Below are positions 49,301 through 59,751 of a DNA stretch of 59,751 bases, in pieces (the first letter of the stretch is position 1; each line of letters opens with the position of its first letter). The notes under the pieces were generated by a model, which was given only the letters and a program-made list of their open reading frames with translations, had not been told where the DNA came from and did not search any database. The position numbers were made by a program, and so were the translations under genes. This stretch comes from Aplysia californica (lineage: Eukaryota), in NCBI RefSeq assembly GCF_000002075.1, contig NW_004797340.1, forward strand, positions 800,586 through 860,336, written 5' to 3'.

Positions 49301-52300
49301 AGTTATTCTGTGGAGTATCTTCGCCTACTCGTTGGTGTACTGTACTCCACCCTGTGCCTTAGTCGGCAGCGTGTAGTGTAAGCATAGAGCTTACTGTTGA
49401 GCGGGAATTTGTGCTACCTGTTTTCAATTCTAACTGCTATTATGAAGCAGCCCGCCTCCTGAATGATCTAACTTGTGTCCGTGGAAAAGACGGAAAGGGG
49501 GGTTAGGGGTTAGTGGGGAACTGACCCCTGACCCCTCATTACGTAAGATGTCAGTTTCGGCTGGTGGGGGGGGGGGGGGGGGGGGGAGTGCAGGGAAAAT
49601 ATCTACAACTGTAATGAAAACTTACCAGGTCTAGATGAACGTAGCTGCAGTACACATGTACGCCTTTGCTTTTTGTAGTTTTAGTAGAAGTTTTACGGCG
49701 CGGTCATATGAGCGCCGGAAGATTAGAGGTGTTACAAGAAGAGAGTAACAAACAAAAAAAAGAAGAGGAAATAGGGACAATAGATGTTTGATAGGAAAGA
49801 AGAAGCAAACCACACCATAGCACCCGCCAACCACCCACTACGCCACTGCACCCTTGCACTGATGATATAGAACAACAGCTGAGCTGCTTTCATAAACTCT
49901 CCCTTGTGAAGAAAAAAAAAAAGAAATCCCAGTTGTTCACGATTCAGCTCAGCGGCCTTTCACCTCTTCTTCTTTTTTTATTCAAAAAGATTATAATAAT
50001 ATTGTTCTTGAACTTTCATCTACCCATAAAAATTTCTTTGACGCAGTCTTCTACTTCTGATTAGCATAATATTTCTGTCAGATTTTAATATAAAACGAAT
50101 GACGCTTGACCCTTCGACACCCCTTTTGTCCACAAAAGACAGATGAGACTGTGGTTGATCTTTGAAGCAACATGTTTTGCTGACGGACGGAATGTTTCTG
50201 AAGAAGTCCACCGACTTATGTGTTGGAGAGGGGGGGGGGGGTGTGCGTGGGGGTTTTTTTTTGGGGGGGGTTGTTTTTTGTTGTTGTTTTTTTTTGGGGG
50301 GGGCGGGTCACATTATAATATAAGATGTCCTTAGACCGTGTTCTAGCTTAGCTGTTTATTTATCGTCTTTATAAGTTTTAATATAATGTATCTCTCGGTT
50401 TATGGGATGCTTGGATGAACATGTTTTAACCACCTGGCTCTCACTAGCAAAACTGAAGGCAAACGAAGCAGGGGCAGAAAAAAAACCCCAGAGTAATTTA
50501 CTTGAAATACCAACACATGATAGGTGAACTCCGGCTACAGAAAAACAACAGACAGGTGAAGATACTCTGTATAGTCTATGAAATATGTCTAGTTGTGATT
50601 CAATGGCTCTTGTTAAAGTTTACCTTCTCTGGATTTTGGCTGGGGAAAATAACTTTGTTGTAGGGAACTGAGCAGATACGGACATAGATCTACCTGATGA
50701 CTGTTATCAGTTTTTATTTGCTTTTTATTATTTTTTCTTTTGTTTTTTTTTATTACACGCTCTGGCGAAAAAAATTCCTGACTTCACTTATTATTGATAT
50801 TTGAAAGTGTGAGGTTAGTTTGGTGGGGTGTGTGGAACACATAGTCCCCCCCCCCCCCCCCCCCCCCCCCCTTCCCAAAATCAGAAGGACCAAGTTACTC
50901 ATTAAATGAACTTTCTCGTGTGTTTGTCGGCCGAAATCAAAATGTGTGCGTGGTTGGCACGTGCTCTGGGGTAGTTTGCTTCTTCTTTCCTATCAAACAT
51001 CTCTCGTCCTTATTATTTCTCTTCCTTCTTTTTTTGTGCTTGTTACTCTCTTGTAACACCTCTGATCTTCGGCACTTATATGACCTTATTGTGTTGCAAG
51101 AGCCGTAAAACGCTTACTAAAACCAAACGAACTCAGAATGTGTGCGTGTGAGATGAAGAGCCTGAGTGTTACATCACACTACGACTCACAAACGACGCTG
51201 ACCCAGAAGAGAAGTCAATACTCCTACTTTCTAGACAAAAAAAGTACTGTTTACGCACTATTCCAAAGAAGGAAACTCCCAAATTAGGACACTCACGTTC
51301 ACACAAACACACACTCACACACTTCAACCTCAATCCAGCTATCATCAGATGACACCACCCAGAATCTGTGTTTCCAGTCAGGTCCCGTCCGTCGCCGGAA
51401 TTTCGGTAATGTCCGTATTTGCTCGGGTCCCTCATGCCACGAGCGCCGAAGACAAGTGTCACTTCCTGAAGACTTGGCCACTTCGTCATCTCCACGATCC
51501 CCAAAACGCGAGACACCGGGAATTCCTGGCCTTCGGGAATTTCCCCCACACGGCTTGCACAGACGGGATTAGAGGGTTGTGATGAGGGGTGACGGGGGAC
51601 GCGGAATCAGGATGTATTGTGACGTCGGAGATCATAGATCGTGTATAACAAGATAGTTCACTCCTCTCTTTGAGTGAGCCAATTTTTTTAAAAAGTGTCC
51701 TCAAAATTCGGTGGCGCCCTCTTCGAAAACAAGTGCAGACTTTGCGATCAGAGTTACCCTATTTGTGTGAAAAACAAAAAAATGAAACTAACAAACTGTA
51801 CTATTCCTATTCTTCTTTTGGAGAAACGAAGGAGAGCTTCAAACAAAGACTACTGCGCCATCTGAACCACTGCGCGGAAGATAGTTATGTACGATCTTTG
51901 GCTGAGTGAACTGTCTTGTTATGTACGATCTTTGCGAGGATCTGGGGCAGGCTCTGGGCAGATGGGTGAACCCAAGACTAGAGAACACGGTCTTTGGGTG
52001 AACCATGCAGTATGCTGGGTGGGGTCGGGGGATGCAGAGGGCGTTGTTTGTTGTCTTTGACGCCTGAGTGAGATAATTGAGGGGCGGGGCGAGGGAAGAG
52101 TGAGTGAATGAGTATGACTGAGAGGGTTACAGCGGACATGGTGTAAGATGCCATGAGTACGCTGAGAGCCTCGAGATCCACCCCCCACCCCCCGCCCACT
52201 TCCCTCTTTTCCTTCGGGAAAAAATCATCCAAACAACAACTGTCCAGTTTCTGTTTTGGTTTTTTTTTATTCTTACCCTGCATCGGGTTTCCATCTTTTC

Positions 52301-53802
52301 TCGGGGCACATTTAGAAAGGGTAATATTTCGAAAACAAACACATGTATCAACAACCCAACATTCATTAGAGTTGGGAGTCCATTTCACGTAAACTTCACT
52401 GCACTGGCTTAGGGGGATTCCCAATAAGATCTCTTTAGGACAAAGCAAAAGCATTTGCTCAGAAACAAAGATACGTGGATAATTCAATAGCTGTGGTGGT
52501 TTGTCTGCCGTGACAAGTATTAAACAAAAATCCAGATGTCAGAAGTACAGGTGTTTCCACTGCCACCTGCGCACTGCTTAAAATTTTAATTCGCTTCGAG
52601 TGAGGTGTCGCACTCGATCAAATCCGACAGTTTAGAACAAAAATATNNNNNNNNNNNNNNNNNNNNNNNNNNNNNNNNNNNNNNNNNNNNNNNNNNNNNN
52701 NNNNNNNNNNNNNNNNNNNNNNNNNNNNNNNNNNNNNNNNNNNNNNNNNNNNNNNNNNNNNNNNNNNNNNNNNNNNNNNNNNNNNNNNNNNNNNNNNNNN
52801 NNNNNNNNNNNNNNNNNNNNNNNNNNNAGTAGCTGTCTTTTAACACAATTTAGGTTATCAAAGAGGCAGGCTTCCGACCCTGCCTCTCAGGGCTACCCTG
52901 GGCTGAGTGGTGGGGTACAACACCCCTGCAGAAAGAAAGGCAGAGACACTCGATAAAACTTCTGCCCACTCGGGAATCGAACTCAGGTCTCCTCCTGCAT
53001 GCTACACCAAAGCACGTAAACGCTGCACAAGCGCCGGTGTATGCATAATTTGTGGAGCATCGTGATGAAATCAGGCGCTCGTCAAAATAATGAAATAGAA
53101 GAAAATCGCCATTATATTTCAGTCCATTGAGCATATTTTTAAATTGATTTTTCTTTTTGGCTGAACATCTGCCATGTCCATATAAAAACACAATAGTTCT
53201 GTGTAGATTTTACTGAAAAATGATACTCAAAGGCACAAAAAATGTACATGTAGCTTTCAAAGACTCTAAATCTGTGGAAATCACCAATCTTCGGCAGCTA
53301 TAATTATGCTCGATGACTTTTCTTCTGATACCTTACCTCTTTCAATTAAATATATGTCGACTTCTATTCACGATACATGGGTCATTTTATCTTTAAAACC
53401 AAGACAAATAAACACGCTTTACGATGATACCAATAACCCTATATGCCCCAAAAATGACAAGCGCCTGATTCCACCTCGTCGCAACATATTTTAATTAATG
53501 TTAAGTCTGGACTGGCCAAGATTATCCTAGAGAGGTACAATGTATAGTACAAAAAGTGAGAAGTAGAGGCAGACAGAGGGAACGATGACAATACAGCATC
53601 AAAGAGTGGGCTGGTCGTGACTAGAACATTGTACATGTACGGATAACGGTACATGTACTTTGGAAAACTGAGAACCGACATGCGTGGAAGAAACTGGTTG
53701 CAATCAATATCCGCAGTGGTGTCCTGTCGGTCAGCCAGACTACTGGGTATGTGAAGGTGAAGTAAATGTACATGTATTTCTTTCTTTCTTTAATTTATTT
53801 TT

Positions 53803-54307
53803 TGGTAAGTGTTTTACGGCGCCCGCAACTGCATATGAGCGAGAGGGACACACCTAATATTTTCAGTTGGTAGGAAATTTTGAATTTTGCCCGGGTGGCG
53901 GCCGAAGCCTACTCTTATCGATTTTAGACCACCAAGGGATCTTTAACGTGCGCAACCTGCACACGGGACCTCCGAAATGTTTCGCCCTTGTCCTAGAAGG
54001 CTAGGTGTAGATCTTTCCTACCAGAAGATCAGGGGTGTGGCTGAAAGACAGCAGTAAGAAGTGGCCAAGGAGTAGCAGTAGAAAGGCTGCAGAAAGAGTC
54101 AGGAGCCCAGTGGAGGGGGCAAATGGGGTGTGGGGGTGAGGGCAGAAAGTGGAGACGAAAGCAGACGACAGAATATTGCAAGATAGAAAAAAGAAGGTGA
54201 AAGGAGACCATTTTAGAGAAGAAGTTTTTTCAGTCGCTACCCAGATTCGAACCCGGGACCTTTGAATGAGAAGCGAACACTTTAACCTCTAGGCCACGAG
54301 AGCCTCC
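53803..54307 (-). mobile_element. SINE family A, full length
   Basis: As for the other family A copies. Confidence 0.9.
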
Positions 54308-55469
54308 ATATTCATGTACTTCTGGGAACGAATGAGTCACTGTTGGTCAGATAGTATATAGTACTGACAGTACTTATGTTTATTACTGCATACTTCATGT
54401 ACATCTAGCGCTCTATGACCATAGAATCATTTAATGGGTGCACAGTTTTAGTTTTACTGAGAAGTCTGAAGTTACTAAAGTTTAATTTTCAGTGTTTCAT
54501 TAGTTTCGTTTAGATCTAATCTTGGGAAAGTCCATCTTCTTAGACGCCATCGTGAACAAGTGAGGCTTCCGTTCACAAGGAGTGCGCACTCATCTTGGCT
54601 TTTCAGACGAATTCGAGCAAGACAAATATTACATAGGACCATAGTTCATTGCTTTTGCTATATACCTGTATCAGTTCCATGCTTTTGGTAAAAACTACAA
54701 GTTTTAAGGCGCTCGAAACTGCAAAAGGTCAAAGGAGTGCTGATTTCATGCTTGAATTCAGATAAATGCTTATGCTTTGTGCTCCTCTACACATCTCATG
54801 AAAATCTGGGGTGTCTCACAAAGAACTTTCTCTTGATGAAAGAGAAAGCTTATGAATGTATCGACCAATGTTTCAAGCTGGGTCCGATCAAATGACGTAA
54901 TGTTATAGGTTATAGGGTCATAACACTTAAGTCAGGTCGTCTTGACAAAGCATACATAGGCATACTACTATTATTTATACATGCACGTCTGCATTTATGG
55001 GTGATTAATTGAAATGTGCCCTGAATTAGTAGTCAGAGATAACATTATGATCAATGACAGAGTTTCTTTGTGGTGTTTTTCCCTCATGGACGTTTACAAT
55101 ACATGTAGCCTACATAGATGTAGTAGGTCCTCATTCGAATGAACACTTTTTTTTTCTTTTTTTTGGGGGGGGGTGTGTTGGGTTTTTTCTGTTTTTTTTT
55201 AAGTGTTCAATGGTTGGATTTCTTGACGTAGTTCCTGGTTATTTGGCGTTGAAAAGCGCCACAGACACACTGNNNNNNNNNNNNNNNNNNNNNNNNNNNN
55301 NNNNNNNNNNNNNNNNNNNNNNNNNNNNNNNNNNNNNNNNNNNNNNNNNNNNNNNNNNNNNNNNNNNNNNNNNNNNNNNNNNNNNNNNNNNNNNNNNNNN
55401 NNNNNNNNNNNNNNNNNNNNNNNNNNNNNNNNNNNNNNNNNNNNNNNNNNNNNNNNNNNNNNNNNNNNN

Positions 55470-55700
55470 GAGGTTAAGATGTCCGTCTCTCATTAAAAGG
55501 TGCCGGGTTCGAATCCGGGTAGCGACGGAAAAATTTGTCTCTCTTAAATTGTCTCCTTTCACCTCCTTTCGTGCTCTCTAGCAATGTTCTGTTGTCTGCT
55601 TTCATCTCCACTTTCTGCCCCCACCGCATCACCTCCTTTTTTTTGTCCCCTCCTCTGGGCTCTTGGCTCCTTCTGCAGCCTTTGCACAGCTGCTGCCCTT
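55470..55700 (+). mobile_element. SINE family A, 5' half, plus strand
   Basis: gaggttaag...gggttcgaatccgggtagcgac head. Confidence 0.8.
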
Positions 55701-58129
55701 GTAGTTTAAATTTTAGCACTTCTAGGACATAAGTGTTGCAAGTGCTGTGAAAATATCTATACAACCAAACAAGTGTTACCTCCTCCTTCATGGTTGGCGG
55801 GAGCTCTGGTGTGGTTTGCTTCTTCTTTCCTATCAAACAACTATCGGCCTTATCTCTCCTCCCTCTTGTTTGTGTTTGTTACTCTCTTGTAACACCTCTA
55901 ATCTTCGGCACTTATATGACCTTTTTGTGTTGCAAGTGCCGTGAAAATATCTATCAAACCAAACAAGTGTTACCTCCACGCTTCATGCCCTCCACGACTC
56001 ACTCTTCCCCACGGGCCGTCTCTCGCGTGTGCTCCCTAAACAGCACACAAAGCCAATCGATGATCAGATATCGATCTGGTTACACGCATCAGAGGTAAGG
56101 CAGGAGGAAATCGGCTCAGCGCCTTCCCGCGGACACCAAAAGTATCTCATGGGGTCTCTCTCTACTTGTGGGTCGGGACGGGCGGGGAGGGGAGGGGGAG
56201 GGTTTGTCGCTCTTTACACGTGGGGTAGAGTACCACAATTAAAGCTTTCTGTTTTAGATCAAAGTGAAAACATTGCATATAGCATAATGCTACCTGAATT
56301 GGTCGCTTTGAAGCACAACGGGGCTATCCCGAAAAATGCTGTTTTGAGAAAATCGAAGGTAAAGTTTTTGCCCCTTGTTCACTTTCTTTAAAAGACAAGG
56401 AGAGCTCTCTATAACTAAACAAATATACACACTATCGAAACCAAACTTCTCCTATGGATAGGGCAATGCCCACTTTTGGTGTAAGTCAAGATTTCTGGTA
56501 ACCCCCGAAATCTGAGTTAGCCCATTTGTCCTTAAAGGCGACATGTTATATATTGCGATGCTCAAATGTGAGGAGCTGCTTACTTAATGCTTCTCCCGGA
56601 GTCTCCATCTGTTGGTTTAGGGAGGAGCTGGAAAGAGTTGAAAAGGGGNNNNNNNNNNNNNNNNNNNNNNNNNNNNNNNNNNNNNNNNNNNNNNNNNNNN
56701 NNNNNNNNNNNNNNNNNNNNNNNNNNNNNNNNNNNNNNNNNNNNNNNNNNNNNNNNNNNNNNNNNNNNNNNNNNNNNNNNNNNNNNNNNNNNNNNNNNNN
56801 NNNNNNNNNNNNNNNNNNNNNNNNNNNNNNNNNNNNNNNNNNNNNNNNNNNNNNNNNNNNNNNNNNNNNNNNNNNNNNNNNNNNNNNNNNNNNNNNNNNN
56901 NNNNNNNNNNNNNNNNNNNNNNNNNNNNNNNNNNNNNNNNNNNNNNNNNNNNNNNNNNNNNNNNNNNNNNNNNNNNNNNNNNNNNNNNNNNNNNNNNNNN
57001 NNNNNNNNNNNNNNNNNNNNNNNNNNNNNNNNNNNNNNNNNNNNNNNNNNNNNNNNNNNNNNNNNNNNNNNNNNNNNNNNNNNNNNNNNNNNNNNNNNNN
57101 NNNNNNNNNNNNNNNNNNNNNNNNNNNNNNNNNNNNNNNNNNNNNNNNNNNNNNNNNNNNNNNNNNNNNNNNNNNNNNNNNNNNNNNNNNNNNNNNNNNN
57201 NNNNNNNNNNNNNNNNNNNNNNNNNNNNNNNNNNNNNNNNNNNNNNNNNNNNCAAATCTGAGAGACTGCCATAGAGCTTTCTCTCAAGAGGAGTCACATT
57301 CTGCCACGTATGTGTACAAAGGGCGGCGTATCGCCGGCAGTGCTTAAGGATATAAGACTGAAATATTATTTGAGATGTTCAAATTGGAAGAAGGCATGCA
57401 TTACTTGTAATCTCTTAACTATTCTTGTTTTGGGAAAGGGGTGATGCTGGAGCAGAAAGGGGGAGGGGGGGGGGCAGAAGTGGCCCCTTCTATATAAGTA
57501 TGTATAAGGTAGAGTAGCACATTTTTGGATAGAAGGAGAAAAGACGAAGTATACCACTAACAGTGATCAAATTCAGAGATTGTTGTACTGTTGAAACATA
57601 AGAATTAAAGAAGGTCAAAGTTCCAAAGGTTGACGGTATGAAAAAAACATAGCATCGTTACGTTAAACAGTTTTTTCGTTGTGTTAAGTAAAACAGAAAC
57701 AACCAGACGTAATGAGGCTGCGTGACATTTCTTCTAAAGGTCGGTTCAATGTTATTGCAAAGACAGAGCAAAGGAAGATGGTTTAGTTATTCTTGTTTCT
57801 AAAAAAAAAACACCCTTGACAATTAAACAGGTTTTCACCAGAAAATTGTATCACACACATAAACATCGACACTGCAGGAGACCGTTGTTTGCACCCTCCT
57901 ATCCTTAATAAGTTCTTTCCCTTACACTTTGTAGCGAGACAATATAGACCTACTTGATTAGTAACAAATAAAAGTGCAATGATAAATAAAAATGGAAGAT
58001 TTTTTGATTTATAAAAAAAATCTGAAATAGAACTGTGAACTATTTTGTAATGCACGATCTGTTGTTATATCACGACAAAGATCAAACCCACTAATCAAAT
58101 ATAAAAGTCAACAAAGGCAGGCAATGACC

Positions 58130-58675
58130 TTATGCAGTTATTGAAATGTGGTGATGTTTAAGTAGAACACTCAGAATCCCATTGACAGAGAGAAAACCAA
58201 ACAGAGCAGTACTCAAAACTGGCAGCTTGTGAAAGGTCAATGATGAAAACCATCAGAAAAAGACAACTGAGATTCTTTCGCCACGTAAACAAATCAAATG
58301 GGCTAGAGAAACTGCTGCTGCGTGGGTGGTTGATGGGTGCTCTGGTGTGGTTTGCTCCTTTTTCCTCTCAAACATCGATCATCTTTTTCTGCCCTCCTTC
58401 TTTTTGTGTTAATTACTAAATTGTTACTCCCTTGTAACACTTCTTGTCTTCGGCACTTATATGACCTTATTGTGTTGCAAGTGCCGTAAAACTTTTACGA
58501 TAAAAAAAAAGAAACTGCCGCTGTGTGGAAAGACAGAGGGAAAAAGAGCAGATGAAGACAAAGAACAACACACACAGACGCCTGAACAACTTTGCAACTA
58601 CTAAGAACTCAAAGAGAAAAACTCGAGCTGATCAAGAAGACAGACAACAGGAAGGAGTGCGGTACCATGATTTTC
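58130..58675 (+). mobile_element. Degenerate RTE-like LINE 3' fragment interrupted by a SINE (58321-58510)
   Basis: TIRKRQLRFFRHV...GLEKLLL before the SINE and GKTEGKR after it. gaaactgc(t/c)gctg is duplicated on both sides of the SINE. Confidence 0.7.
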
Positions 58676-59711
58676 AATATATCTGTCTCCTTCGTTTTAT
58701 GCAAGAAAAATTCTGAAATTAAGCAAACAGCCAATAAATGTGAAATTATGCGATTCCGTTAATTTTAATTAAGAATGATAAAGGAAAATAATCAGAAATG
58801 ATGAAAAAAAAATGATCAAATTTTGCTAAATTAAGCGGGGCGCATAAAACGACGGGGACAAATATATATATATATATGTGTCACGATGCGGTGGAATGCA
58901 ATGAGGCGCTCTTCAATTTTTGACATTTTTTATGCCTTATCAACGTTTTTCAGCATAATTCACATTGAAATTGATTCTTAAATGGACATAGAAGGAGTTG
59001 AGCAAAAACAAAATTTGGAAAAATAATTGCCAAACCAGCGGAAAAGTGTCAGTTTTTTCACTTTCATTATTTTGACGACCGCATGATTTCACCACGATGA
59101 CTCACATATGCTCCAGACCTGGCACCTGAAGAAGAAGTTATTAATTAATTCCGTCATTAAACTTTCAGGTTCGTCAGCCTATTTAGGATTTTTTTTTTTA
59201 CGTTCAAAAAGAGAATTCACACAAAATGAAATGTCTACAAAAAGATTTTCTTAGAGAATTGCTTACTTACTTGGTTGGTTGGAGAATAGGCATCATTGCA
59301 GGCGGCACAATGCCATAGCTGCTCCTCCCTGCTCTCCAGGATCTATGAATGAGTCTGCCTGCTGATCGTGCCAGTTAACAGCAGGTTGGATATTCTTCTG
59401 CTGCATTTTTCATTTGAGTCGGTTCATTTTTTTTAGAGAATGCGAACAACAAGAGTTAGAGCAGTCCGCCTCTTAGATATCTAAGAAGATGTATCGATGG
59501 GTCATTAAATATTTAAAGTTGTATTTTTTTCCCGCTGTAAGAAGTATTAATTAGTTTTTCTGTACGCTATGTATATCACATTTTTTTTCTTGTTCGATTT
59601 TGTTTGTTTACTTTGGCTTTCTCAGAATCCTAAAATAGGTTTCCAAGGCATTATGAGAAGGAAGCAGGTGTTGCGATAAATGCTAAGGCATAATACTTAA
59701 CTGCGTTATTC

Positions 59712-59751
<40 letters not shown>

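Noticed and set aside
51169-52487. GC-richer ORFs of 72-169 aa
   Set aside because: No motif or exon chain found. 51660-51900 is an inverted copy of the repeat at ~560-810, so this is probably a degenerate transposon.

Overview
Repeat-rich, AT-rich eukaryotic scaffold with many N gaps. It is an invertebrate animal; a gastropod mollusc is my guess from the SINE types. The ORF track is mostly misleading, because the real genes are spliced. Four things are supported. (1) A tandem array of at least 3 copies of a two-exon gene for a secreted low-complexity protein. It has the signal peptide MKTSQCWLLLFVLGTMQG followed by (PSTTEG)n and (PYTSDS)n repeats. In the one complete copy, a 1-nt frameshift makes the same minisatellite read as a His-rich basic block. 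(2) Two tandem, intact, diverged paralogs of ADPRM (Mn2+-dependent ADP-ribose/CDP-alcohol diphosphatase; 343 and 332 aa) on the minus strand. (3) Six plus-strand exons for only the C-terminal ~213 aa of NOL11, including a U12-type intron. No N-terminal exons were found. (4) Many tRNA-derived SINEs, LINE 3' fragments and MITEs (piggyBac/TTAA, Tc1-mariner/TA and hAT types). All three conserved genes also carry tandem arrays of a duplicated splice site next to a real splice junction. No prokaryotic system, CRISPR array, rRNA or genuine tRNA gene was found. All family assignments come from manual translation and recalled motifs, not database searches.
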